Source of the DNA: Octopus sinensis
Lineage: Eukaryota
Reading direction: 5' to 3'
Length of the DNA: 64,000 nucleotides
NCBI RefSeq assembly: GCF_006345805.1
Contig: NC_042997.1
Span: forward strand, 101,680,001-101,744,000
Below the pieces are notes generated by a model. It worked only from the letters and a program-made list of their open reading frames with translations, searched no databases and had not been told where the DNA came from. Positions 41,801-56,100 of this stretch are shown here, piece by piece (within the stretch, counting starts at the first letter, position 1; each line of letters begins with the position of its first letter). A program made the translations under genes and the position numbers.

Positions 41801-44800
41801 TGACAGGAGCTGGCCAGCTTAAGAGCTGCCTGGGCTCCATGTCTGTTTTGGCATGGTTTCTATGGCTGGATGCCCTTCCTAACAAACATACATTCAAACA
41901 TTTGTATGACGGACTTCTTTCAGTTTCCACTTTACAAAATCCACTACCAAGGCTTTAGTTGACCCAGGGTCCAAGGTGCCAAACAGTGGGACTGAACCTG
42001 GAAACATGTGGTTTGGAAGCAAACTTCTTAATCACACACTTGTGCCAGCACCTATGCCACATCTGCACCTACAATTAATTAATTGATTAAATTTCAAAAT
42101 GTTATTGTTAATTTACATGCCATGCAAACATTAATCAAAAATGATAGACATAGTGTTCATGTACAATATGACAATATTGAAAATAGATTTTTACTTTTGA
42201 ATATTATTGAAAGAATTTCCACATCTTTTTCTTGAAAAGAATCCATAAATAACCTGATCAGGTCAAACAACAGAGTAGAATGGAATATCTGGAAAAAATA
42301 TATACATAATATAAAATATACATAAAAAAGAGAAAAAAATATACATAATATAAAATAATAATAATTGTTTCTAATTTAAGTACAAGACGTGCAATTTTGA
42401 GGGGAGGGGGGCAAGTCAACCACATTGACCCTAGTTCTTGATTGGTATTTAATTTTATTGATCTTGAAAGGGTGACAAACGAAGATGATCTTAGCAGTAT
42501 TTGAAAGCAAACTGTAAAGTGCTAGAACAAATAACAGCAGCAGCAGGAAAATAAAGAGGGAGGGAGGAGGAGGTGATAGTGGAAGCAGTACCAATAACAA
42601 TAATCACTATCATCACCATTATTGTCATTTACTTCCAGCATGGGTCAACCATGTTGTCACAGTGTAGGTCAGTTCTTATTGTTGGGAGTCACTGGCCTCA
42701 TAAGCAGACGGGAGGATTGTCTTGTTCATCCATTTCATTTTTGTTTTGGTTTCTATGGTCTGCATGCATTTTATCATGGCACCAACATAAAAGGGGTTGT
42801 CATGTCCTTGGCAAGATAACCTAACTAGTGCTGGTGCAATGGCAAAGTATTCCTCATGACCCTATTCTTTTTTTCCACTCATTCAATTACTTTACAGAAT
42901 GTACTGGGTGCATTTCATTGAGATACCAGCACTAATGGAGTCTGTCATGTCCTTAATGGAACAGGACTAAAGGGGCCTCTTTCCCTGTTCCTTTGCCATG
43001 CATTTTGCATTGTGTATGGATGCATTTTATCATAGCACCAGTATGAGATGTTATCTTGTATGCCATAAGAATAAAAAGTACCCACTTCTCTAAGGCTTGT
43101 ACATTTGTTCAAAATAATGAGAGAGAGAGAGAGCAATGGCAAGAATATATTTAAAAGAACTAATGTTACTACACAAAAATGCCATGACAATTGCTTCTGA
43201 TAGGACCCTATGAAGGAGATACCTGAAGACACAACCCCCATAACTTTCAGAAATAGCACGTGGAAAAGATTGGTGGACTGAAGTAGATTTTGTGGCCAGA
43301 TGCCCATCCTGTTGCCAACTTGCCTGCTTCTAAACAAGGTAATATTTTCTCTAAGGCTGGACATGTTCTCACAGATGACTGTAAACGAGGGGAACATGTG
43401 TATAATGGTGATAAACATTTATAAGTATTGCATGATGTCTAGACAAAGAGACACAAACACTTACATAGACATATGCCAACACACACACACATACATACAT
43501 GATGGGCTTATTTCAATTTCTGTCTACCAAATCCACCCACAAGATTTTGGTTGACCTGTGGTGATAGAAGACACAAATAGCTAATATACTGAATCTTTTA
43601 ACAAAATTTTAAAAAAAAACACTAAGATACTCTTACATTAAAATGTGAGTTCATAAAAAGAAAGTATTCTTCTAATTATTATTAATACATAATACTACTA
43701 AATTAAACAGATCATAAATAAAAACATTATATGATAATTTTGAATCCTACTGCCTTCATAACATCTTTCAAACTATTATAACTATGTCTGGATGATTTGC
43801 TAATTAGAAAGCAAATGATGTGAATAAGTCACAAAGTTTCCATTTTCTTAAAATTTTTTTATTCTTTCTTATTTCTTCTCCTTCTACCATCATCACCACT
43901 TAAATCTATTTTGGATTTCTATCTGTTCATTTTTGGCGAATTAATGATCAGTCATGCGATGTTGATAGTATCAAAAATAACGGCCCACTAACTAAAAACC
44001 TTGCTGATAGGCCACTTACTGGCCCCACCCTTATCAATCACCCATTAGTTTGATGTAATTCTGGCCTGCTTCCAGTCCTGTTGACCTGTTCTACACTTTC
44101 TCTTACCTCTACATCTCACCTATTTTTACTATGAGAATTACTGCTCATCACAAAGTACATCGCTTCAAATTCTCTTTCTAGCTTGTTTTTATTTTATTGC
44201 TTTCTTCACTTCCCTTCTACCCTCTCTCTCTCTGTAAATGCCAAGTCTTCTGGTAATCTCTCAAACATGTAATTATCCATCAAAAAACTATTTTAAGAGA
44301 TTTGGCCTCTACAGCTCAAGGGAAGGAATTGCAAATGATCAGCATAGAGCAGAGAGATCTCTGAGAGCTGCAAAATAACTTTCCTAGTGCTAGTACCACT
44401 GTAATGCACCAAAGCTCTATTAAAAAAATGTTTGGAAGTGTTTGAGCTAACACACCACTATATAATTATTGGGGCCTTTAGGGGAAGTCATTTAGAATAT
44501 GCTTTCATGCTATATCTTCCTGTGTAGCACTACATACAGAGGACTATGCCATGCTACAGCAAGCTTTGCAGGTGTATAAACTTTCCTTCTAGTTTGTCAC
44601 TGGAGCCCCAAACAAGTATAAAATTCTGAGAGATCCACCTGCAGCCACTAACTTCCTCTAGGACAATTCTCCCTCTTAGGAATTTTACTGTAGCCTTCAA
44701 TCTCATCCACTTCCTCCTCCTAATATATAAAACACATTCTTCTCATCCTCTATATATCACAGTCAACATCCTCATCATTTTATGTCTTCTTTCTATACTA

Positions 44801-47800
44801 GCATGTGTTGGATGGTTAGACAGGATCAAGGTTGAAGGATCACAACTTGTTCCAGAATATCAGTTTTAGCATGGTTCTTATGGTTGAATTCCCTCTCTAA
44901 TGGCTACCACATTACAGAATGTACTGGGTGCATTATCACAGCACTAGTAATGTCAATTTGTAACTTGTATGATTGAATAGTTCCCTTGCCTGGGGAGATC
45001 GTTTTATGTAAGATGTCGAGCAGTTAAAATGTGATAGGAGGAACAGGAATATATTTATTGTTATGAAGGAGCTTCATGGCAACTCTGCATCATACATGAA
45101 TGGAGTGGTGTGGCTACAATGCTGCCCAAGAGAGAAGTAGATATGGTGATGATGAAAGATGTGTGTGTGTGTGTGTTAGAGGAATATCCAGGAAGACATG
45201 GGACAAGGTGGTGAAGCATGATCTTAGAATGTTGGGCCTTATGGAGATGATGACCAAGAGCTTTGGCAACATGTTGTGCTTGGGAAGACTCATCAAGCCA
45301 AGTGAAATCGTGCTTGTGGCCACTGCTAGTGTCACATAACTGGCACCCATGCCAGTGGAATGTAAAAAGCACCTATTATACTCTTGGAGTGATTGGCATT
45401 TGGAAGAGCTTCCAGCCATAGAAACCATGCCAAATCAGACTGGAACCTAGTGCAGCTCTCTAGCTTACCAGTTCCATTCAAACTGTCCAACCCATGCCAG
45501 CATGCAAAGTGGATGTTAAATGATGATGCATGCCAACATGCAAAGCAGATGTCAAACAATGATGATGATATATATATAGAAAGGAATTTTTCTAAATGGT
45601 ATAATTTAATTTTCCAGTATTGAATTGATAAAAGGTGTTTTTTTCTAATTTATATATATATATTATATTTTGTGAAATTTGATTTAGTATTTCTAAATTG
45701 AATTTTTCCCTGTAAGTTTGAATAATATTCCCTCATATTATTATTATTATTATATTATATTAATAACTAATGTTTCTGAGAGTTTACCCTCATTTTCGTC
45801 AGTTGTGGAACTTACAGGTAAAATAGAACCACTTTTTTGAAATTCATCTTTGAAGGATATTCCTATACCATCTAGAAAGGAATTTTTCTAAATGGTATAA
45901 TTTAATTTTTCAATATTGAATTGATAAAAGGTGTTTTTTTTCTAATTTATATATATATATGTATATAAGAAATTGGGATAGCATAGGAATAAACAATTAT
46001 GTTATGAACTTCATTAGCTTACAACTGTTTCTGCTATGAGATGCAAACATAATTATATATTCCTATGTCACCCCAAGTTCTTATTAGTGCTCTGTAAAAG
46101 ACACTATTTCTGTTGATAAACTAAAAAGGGCTCACAGTGAAAAAACTATTTCCAACCCCACTACAGACAACACACACTCAGCATTACAAATGCGTCCTTT
46201 TCATACAACTTCACAAACTCTGACTACCAAAAGTGATAGACATGTGCATTGACCCAAGAATTTAATAAACATTTACTACGTTTGAGTTGCGATATTGTTT
46301 CTATAGTTTGACATTTTATGATGTATACATTTTTGTTATTTTTATTATTGTATAACGCTACCTCTGCCTGGGGTGTGTGTAGTGGTTTATGTAGCTAAAT
46401 AGTTGAATGATTTCCCTTGCAAGAGAGAATATAGAGTAACCTTCCTTTATTAAGTTTCTTGAAGCATCTGTGTCATGAGACATGCTTCTTAATTATTCAA
46501 GAAGCTTAGCATTTCTCTTGGAAGTTTCTAGAATGTCTAGCGTTCCATTAATAAAAACAGCTTGCTAACCCTGCTTTTCGCTTCTTAGTCAATTAGACTT
46601 AGAGCCATTAACGTCATTGCTATCTCCGTCTATTTCTCTACGCCACATGACTGAAAACCACCACTTAGCTGTTATTTCTACATTTCCTATTTCTGATGTT
46701 TCTTGCATAGATTACTTCATTCAACCAGATTTTACATATTGATCCTATGTATCATCATTGGCCAGTAAATAAAATATACTTTTATGTAGTAAATATATAG
46801 TTCTTGAATTTATTCTTCATCTCTATATGAATTCTTGTAATAATATACACGCAGCCACATCAACACCTTGTACTGACTATATATTTCCACTACAGCTTCA
46901 ACTACGGCCTCCAGACGACTTCGGAATCTCCTGCAACTCTTCTAGTTGGTCTACTTGTTTAATTTGGTAAATGCTGCCATAATCCTTGCCTTCAGTTCAT
47001 CTTTGGTGTTACAAAGAGTTTTGCTAGTCTCTCACTCAACTGCACCCCACACATAATAATCAAACAGGTTGCAGTCTGGGGAGTTAGGTAGCCAGATACT
47101 AGAGGTGATGTGGTCACAGAAATTGTCTGACAGCCATGACTGAGTTCTCCTGCTTGTGTAGAATAGTGCAGAGTCCTTTTGCCAGGCATAGGGTCTTCCA
47201 GCAGCCACCCATTTGACCCAGGGCAGTACTACCTCCACCAGGTACTTGATGTAGGCCTCCATGTTGAGTCTGAGACCATGTGGGAAGATGGAGGCATAAT
47301 GTCGCCGTCACTGGTGATCACTTCAAACACCATGATGTTGACTGGATTTTTGATTTTTATCACTCTTGATACATGTCCTCAGATTGACACCCACACACTC
47401 TGAAATGTGCATATTGGAGTTTCCAGCATGAATGCCAAGCAGTACACCATGTCATTCCCAAATTTCTGGCAGAGTGAATTGCATCATGATGCTGTTTTTC
47501 TCACAGACAGTACCCAACTGATCCGCTATCATGTGCAGTCAACAAAATTAAAAATGAACAATGTACAATGGTGACAATGTACCCATCACACACTTCCTTT
47601 AATGTCCTTTTTCCATGTTGGCATGGATCGGATGGCTTAACAGGATCTGGCAATCTCGGCCTTTTCTATAATTCGTTGCATGTACATAGTTTTTTTTGTA
47701 TGTAGGGTCTTCCATATCATTTTAATCTATAAGGTTGTATATTGGCATTAGAGAATATATTTCAAATTTTTCGACCTATTATTTATCTATATGTTGTAAT

Positions 47801-50800
47801 TGTGTATTATTACTTTCTATATTTTTTATATGTGTATTGGTGTGTATTAAGTGTTTTGGTTAGAGAATATTAAAAAGGTGAAAGGATTTTGTCTATTTAT
47901 TTATTTCAACAGTTTTCCATACCTTTTTAATCTATATGGTCATATATTTGCATTACAGAATATTTTTTAGTTGTTTTCACATTTATTATTTATTTATATG
48001 TTCTAATAATGTATTATTAATCTCTATAGTTTTTTTATATGTGTATTGGTATGTATTGAGCTTAGGTTAGAGAATATTATAAGAGTGAAAGGATTTTATC
48101 TATTTATTAATTTCGACTGTCCACCTGCGACAGTGATTAAATTGACTAGGAACACTGTACACGATGAATATCCAATACAAAACAATCTTAATCTCCATTA
48201 AACTTTGGCAAGCTTACCTATACCTATTCTGAGTTACTTGAAAGGTGACGCTTCCTTCCCTCTCTTCTATTTGTTGATACCTTTGTTTACCTCCCAATAC
48301 GTTGTTTCACTTTAAGGATTCTTATTTACCCATCCATTATGATATTTCAACTTGTTCATTATTGTTTCAAATACATTTTAGCATAGTTGCTCTAGCCTTT
48401 TTCAAACAATCACACGAAATTTCACTTTCATGTAAAACAAACTATATTTTGTAGTCATTATCCATAATGTACTCCCAAAACACTTCAGTAGCTCTACTTT
48501 GTATTGCTTGCAAACTTAAATGTTCTGTGATCATTAAAGTGCAACGACCTCCACAATAACCAGCCTTCAATTTGGTTTTCCATTCCAAGGTTAATCAGAC
48601 ATAAATTGCCATGCTACAAATAAACCTTCTCGGTAGTTCAATTATTTGGTGAAAAAATATCACCAAAGCAACTTAAACCGTCCAAAGGATGGGTATGTTT
48701 GCTAGTATACACACACACAGATAGACAGACAGATAGATATATAATATATATACATATATATAGGATGAGAAGAATAAAAATGTTAGGAATAGGAAGTGTA
48801 TAGAACTGAAGTCCATAGTAAAATTTCTTTTGAAAGAGAATTGTCCAACAGGAAGTAAGTAGCTTCAGTAGTGTGAAGGAAACATGTTCAAGGAGAATAA
48901 AAGATGAGATAGTCACAGTTGGAATGTATATGATTACAAGACTGCTTGATCAGAACTTAACTAGAGTTGAACTATTTTACTTTTGTTTACCAGTGACTTC
49001 TTCTCCTTTCTTATCAACAGCAAATATTTCCAATTAGTTTGGTTCATCTGTTGTTTTCCTCCAGACATCTATCTCAGTTCACTGACCTCTCTGGTACTTC
49101 AAGTCACCTAACTGGTTATATGCTTCACCAATGCTAACTACTCCTGGCAGTAAATGTATTTAATCTTTTCACCATCTAAGACATGTCCATTCAAACTCTT
49201 CACTCAACCAAAAGTCATATTCTCATAAAACTCCAACTGATTGGTGTTATATAGTTAAAGAATACTTCCCAAAACACTCAATGAAAATCACATCTCAGTA
49301 ACTGAAAGTCATTAATCCATCACTGAAATACCGACAGAAATTTCTTAGTCTCTTGCAAAATTAAGTCTCTACTAGCAATATGGAATACTCCAATTCACTG
49401 TATTTTCTGCTCTTATTTCCAATACAAGAAAACACCTAAACTCTACCATCACCCAAAACTTTGGTGATCACTTAAACCCAACCATTAACCTGCTTTGACT
49501 GTTTGCTTTTCATTAACTGCAATCAATGTGTTCCAGAGCTAATTCTTATCTTTGCAGAACCCTTTAATCTTTCTCTCTCTCTCTTGCTCTTTCAGAATCT
49601 ATTCTAATCTACAGAAACACATTAAAGTGTGTGTGATTATCATCAAGGACATTCTGACTCTGTCAACTCTTCCCATTCCCAGTAATTAAAGGCAGTGAAA
49701 ACAGTTGTAAACAACTTCATAACTTTAAGTCTCTCTCTTTCCCCTCTTTATTGACCACGAATGTAGCTTCTACAGAGCCAAACTTGCCCTCCTATTTCAT
49801 ACACCAGCTGTTGCGCCTAACATCAGCAAAGCCTTAAACCATGTTTGACAGAAGAACCTCCAGAGCATTATACACTGATGAAGCTCTCTCTCTGATCCAC
49901 ATTCAATTAACTCAGGAAAACTCTAAGATTTGGTTATGCCTCTCCCATTTCTTTCTACGTATTTATGACCTACCAACTTGCTGCCACTTCTAAAAGCACA
50001 TATTCTTCATGTAGATGATACCATCTTTCACTTCTCCTTTAATTACGCACACGTAACCTAGACACGTCATGCCACATGCACATGCCAATTTGAAAATATC
50101 CTTCAATAATGATATAATACCTAGGCACAAAGACATAACTATTACTCATCAATGAAACAGACTTGTACTATACTCTTCTCCACTAAACATGAACAATATT
50201 CAAATAAAACCTTCACTGTCACAATAATTACTTGACCTCACAGTTTCTGATGACCTCATAGTGGCCTTTTGCATATAACACTGCCAAAACTGCATGAAAT
50301 AGATAAAGCTTTGTTGATTCTACAAAAAGCAAGAAAAACTCATACATCTGGTACTACATTAAAAAGAAGGTCCAGATGATTAACCAAGATTGCTTCAGCA
50401 ACATGTTACAACCACTGGCTCACAAATAGGTTGTTTTTTCTTTTTTCTTTCTCCCTCTTCTTTCACTATAATAATGATCTCAACACCTCTAAAACAGCAA
50501 GTTGTATACCTACCTCTGCCCAGGTTCACTTGACACACTTGTCCTTCATACAGTGTCTTGTCTCCTAGACCCAACACTATACACACCATGTAATCATTCA
50601 TCGCAATAACTGAAATCCATTAGAAATCTGTCCCTGTTCATGTAGATGTCAGGGCTGAATATCAATTACATCAACATCACCAGCTTAAAGAAGTGAGACA
50701 AAGGTAACCTGTAAAGATCATGGGAACCCTCACCGTTTTCTCTGAACAATAGCATCAAGCTCACTAGCCTCAGGGAGCCTGCAATGGTCAAGGGCACTGT

Positions 50801-53072
50801 CCCTTGAGTTAGATTCCCCAAAAATCATTATCTACATGTGTTGCATTCTTTACGAGATTATTTATCTGCAGTCAGTCGTCACGACTATGACTGCTCATGG
50901 CTTTAGCATAACTTTGATAAGCTTTCTCCAAACTGGTCAGTTTTTCGTTTGGGTTTGCCATTTATTATGATCAATTCCTTTTTGCAATATCTTTGAATCT
51001 CAGTCTAGGTCTTCCCTTGTTTCATTTGCCCTTGGATAGTTAGGAGTAAAGGATTTGTTTGAGGAGTCTGTTGTTGTCCAACCTGTGTATGCAACCCAAC
51101 CAATGTAAATTTCTATTAATGAAGATTTCCATCACAGGAGGCAGACCTGCATGCCATAGAATCTCACAAATAAACAGAAAATTCCCCTTAGAATGAGAGC
51201 TTTAAATGAATCTTTTATGAAACTTTTTAGAAAGTCTAATCATGTAATAAAATAAGTCAAACATGCTGAACTAAAAATACGAAAATTCTAATTAAATAAT
51301 TGGAAGAGAAAGTATTGTAAGATATTTTTGGTGATACCAATATTGTCTGAAGAATATTGATTTTTATACTTGTATAAAAATAGATAAAATATAATTTATA
51401 GACATACTATGAACATATGACACTGAGTAACTAATTCATAGAGTACAAAAAATAGGTAAGGAGTTGTAATAAAATCAAACTAACCTTCAAATTAAACATA
51501 CAACACATCAGAGTAATAACATTGTTCAGCTCTTTACCATTGCTTTTCTTTCGGTATTTATGCATATTTTCTACCAAATTTTGAATTATATAGGCACCTG
51601 TGAGTAAAACAGAAGTGAGTGATTAAATATAAAATAAATAAATTATACCATACTTGTATGGTATAATTAAAGAGCTCATTTAAAGATTTAACTTTATCTA
51701 ATAAATTATTATCATCATCATTTTAATGCCCGGCAAAAGTACCACTGATGCTATATTTCTGGTAAGGCAACTGCAGGAGAAATATCTAGCCAAAGATAAA
51801 CCTCTGTACCTGGAAACTGGGGATAGATGAGTAGTTGGTAAGAGCTGTATAAGCCCTGTACAAGGATGCTGTCAGTAAGGTGAGGGTTGGCAATGAGTAT
51901 AGTGAAGAATGCCATGTAGAAGCAGGGGTTCACCAAGGATCAGTCCTTAGCCCCTCTTGTTCATTATATAAACCTCCAGGTAATAGCAGAGGAATTCAAG
52001 ACAGACTGCCTCTAGGAGCTCATCTATGCTGATGACCTTGCTCTAATAGCTGAGTCTCTGCCAGAATTAGAGACGAAGTTTAGGGTATGGAAGCAATGTC
52101 AAGAATTGAAAGGCCTTAGGGTTAACCTAGCAAAAACCAAAGTCTTAATAAGTAGGAAGACTGTTGAATCCCAAATCCCTTCAGGTAGATGGCCCTGCTT
52201 GATCTGTAGAAAAGGCATGGGTAGAAACTCCATACGATGTACCCGGCATAAGCTATGGACACATAAAAGGTGCAGCATTATCAGAGGACGGTTAACCGGG
52301 AAGATAGATTCCATCACATGCCAGGGGAAGAAACTAGATGTAGTTAATAGCTTCTGCTACCTTTTAGGGTTAGTCTGTAGTGGGGGTGGTTGCTCTGAGA
52401 GTGTAGTGGCTAGAATAAGAATAGCTTAGGCAAAGTTCAGGGAGCTTCTACCTCTGCTGGCAACTAAGGGCCCCTCGCTCACGATGAAAGGTAGACCGTA
52501 TGATGTATGTGTGGGAACTGCCATGCTACATGGCAGTGAAGCATGGGCCATGACTGCTGAGGACATGCACAGGCTTGAAAGAAATGAAGCTAGTATGATC
52601 TGCTGGTTGTGTAATGTCAGTGTGCATACACGACAGAGTGTAAGCGCCCTGAGAGAAAAGTTGGGCATAAGAAGCATCAAATGTGTGCCTGAGTGGCTTC
52701 CATGCCAGTGGCACATAAAAAGCAACATCCGAACATGGCTGATGCCACTAGCCCCTGACTGGCTCCTGTTCCTGTGACACGTAAAAAGCACCATCTGAAC
52801 GTGGCCGATGCCAGTATCCATTGACTGGTCCCCATGCTAGTGGCACATAAAAAGCACTAACCGAACATGATCGAAGGCAGACCTTCTTGAAGGCTCCTGT
52901 GCCGGTCACATGTAAATAGCACCCACTACACTCTCAGAGTGGTTGGCATTAGGAAGGCCATCCAGATGTAGAAACATTGCCAGATCAGATTGGAGCCTGG
53001 TGCAGCCGCTGGCCCTCCAGACCTCAGTCAAACCACTCAACCTATGCCAGCATGGAAAACAGACATTAAACA

Positions 53073-53104
<32 letters not shown>

Positions 53105-56100
53105 AATGTCCATGTTTCAATGTTTGCATGGGTTGGACAGAGTTTATAGAGGTAGATTTTTAACAGCTGGTTACTCTTCCTGTCACCAACTCTCACCTGC
53201 TTCCAAGCATAGTAATATTTTCAACAGCCAGACATGTTCTCATGGAATATTAGAAATTTATGATACTGCTTGTATGACAATCATTTTACAACTATCACAT
53301 GATGTCAAGACAAAGACACAAACACACATATCATGGACTCTCCTATTGTTTGACAACATGTGACTGTTCTGCAATTTCTTGCTGAACATTTACCTGAATG
53401 GCAATCAATCACAAATGGACACAATCTAGTCTTTGGCCCACAGGCATGTGTCTCTGCTCTCTGTACTTCCTACTGCAACTACAACGGCTCCTATTCCTCA
53501 AAACTGGTTAACTAGTCTAATACTTGCATCACTCATGCACTCCTCACCAACACATCTTATCTCTTGTCACCTTCATTGTGTGCAGCTCCCACTAGCCCTG
53601 CTCTAATCTCTGTGCTCAGTTCTTTCTCCCCAGAACAATGTCCCCAGCCTCCCACCGGAATCTTCTCTTAGCTCATGCCTTTCCCTATGTCTATCTGCAA
53701 CAGTTCAATCAGAACAATAATGGCATCAAACTCACCATCCTCAGACAACTTGAAATGGTCATGGGCAGACTCAGCAAGTGGTAAAAAAACAATGAATGAC
53801 AATGGAAGCAGCTAATCATGCAGTATTCAATGTATTGATACACTTAAGTTAATGAATTCTCTATCAGTAATATACTTACCAATTTCCTCACCAACATTGC
53901 TGTGAATAATAACAATAAGTAGGGCCAGCTCCAGTAGGAGACGATCCAGACTTGACTCCGGTCGAATTGCAGTGCTACAAATGTTTTCAAAGAAGCATTT
54001 ATTCAGAATAGCTCGACTGTGACAATTGTACATCTCTTCAAGTTGATTACTCATAATTGCCATATTTGCTTCATTAACTCTAAAAGAAAAATCATAAAAG
54101 AAAAAAAAAAACATTTTAAAATAAAAATTGTAGTAAAAAAGCTTAACAAGATTCTCATAAAAAAATTATTTTTAAATCTCACAACGTGAGATATTCAGCA
54201 ACAGTACTTTGTAGTAAAGATTGTTTGCCAACATAACATGGCAGTCCTGGTTTAGGACGAATGTTGCTGTAATTTAGCCCCAGATATTGTTTTGAGCTGA
54301 GTTGGGGTGCTAGATTCCCATGTTCGAAAATATAAGGACACAGGTTGTGTCATATAGCCAGCTGGAGACGATGTCTCCTGGAGCTAAATTACAGCAACAT
54401 TTGTTCTAAACCAGGACTGCCATATTATGTTGACAAACAATCTTTACTACAAGATTCTCATACTTAGATATTTTGAAAGCCTTTCCACAAGTATAATGAA
54501 ATAACTTGACTTTCCTGAAGATATCATCATCATCATCATCATCATCGTTTAGCATCCTCTTCCCATGCTGGCATGGTCTATGGCTGGATGCCCAAAATAC
54601 CACTAGTATGTAATGCTTCACCGATAAATATTTCCATCAACCTTAATATATTGGAGGTGGGTGTACAATTCTAGTTGGTAGAATCAGTGAAGTTGTCTTT
54701 CTTAGGGATAGAATAGATTTGTCAGATTTACAGATCTGAATATGGTAAATATACATAAAGAAAGAAAAAGGCCAATTTGCTGGCATACAATTTCACTATT
54801 TTCTAGTATTGGCAAAAACAAGAGAGACTGAAAACACAATCATGCCTGATGAGAAAAGTTAACTGGAAACAGGCTGTAGGATATATGTGTGAGCTAAGAG
54901 AATCTTTAAGTAAAACACATAGCAAATGTAGTAATTTTATCATTATGAGGACTGCTAACAGGATCCTGTTAAATAAGTTTTCAATACAAATAACCATTGT
55001 TGAGAAGCAAAGATCTGTAAGTGATACACTCCACAAAAGAATCAATTTTTCTCAAGATTCTTTTATTCTTTTACTTGTTTCAGTCATTTGACTGCGGCAA
55101 TGCTGGAGCACCACCTTTAGTTAAGCTTATTCTTTGTAAGCCTAGTATTTATTCTATCAGTCTCTTTTCCTGAACCACTACGTTACGGGGACGTAAACAC
55201 ACCAGCATCAGTTGTCAAGCAATGTTGGGGGGACAAACACAGAGGCACAAACACATACACAAACATACACACACATATATATATAAATACACATATACGA
55301 CAGGCTTCTTCCAGTTTCTGTCTACCAAATCCACTCACAAGGCTTTGGTCGGTCTGAGGCTATAGTAGAAGACACTTGCCCAGGGTCCCTCAAAGTGGAA
55401 CTGAACCCAGGACCATGTGGTTGGTAAGCGAGCTACTTACCACAGAGCCACTCCTGTGCCTGTCTTTCATCTATCATCTTATGAAGATTATGTTGATAAT
55501 TAAAAAAGAAACAGGAAATGAAATAATTCAGAAAAAAAAAGCTGCCTACTCACCGATTAACAAGTCCTTTCATTTGTTTATTTAGTTTTGCATCTATAGC
55601 ATTAGCATCAGATAAGTTCTGTCGCAAGGCTGGAGGTATGTAACCAGTTGGTTTTGAATTCACAACCTTTCCATCAGCGTCTCGTAACCGACCATAAATG
55701 TCTTCTTTCAAAGAATCATTACTTTGCTCAGTTAATTTCACTTGTTTTGCCTTTGGCACTGGGACTGAATCATCAAATTTGACCTTTTTTTTTATGGATT
55801 TCTCTGAACAGTCTTCTGTTGCTGGCCTTTTCAAAATGGGAGCCTGTTTGGTTTTAGTATCTTGCAAAGAAAATAAAAATCCTCGTTAAATTTTAGATGA
55901 TACCATGTTAGTTACTAAAACAAAAAATACATTACAATAATTAGAGTAATAACAAAGCAAAAATAACTGTTTTAAAAAGACTTCCCTTATTAAAAATATA
56001 TCACAAAAGAATAATATTCTTCTTTTATAAAACCTCCCAGAATTTCTATTTTTTAAATATTCCTTTCAACATGCTGAACAAGACCCAAACCCTAGTGCTG

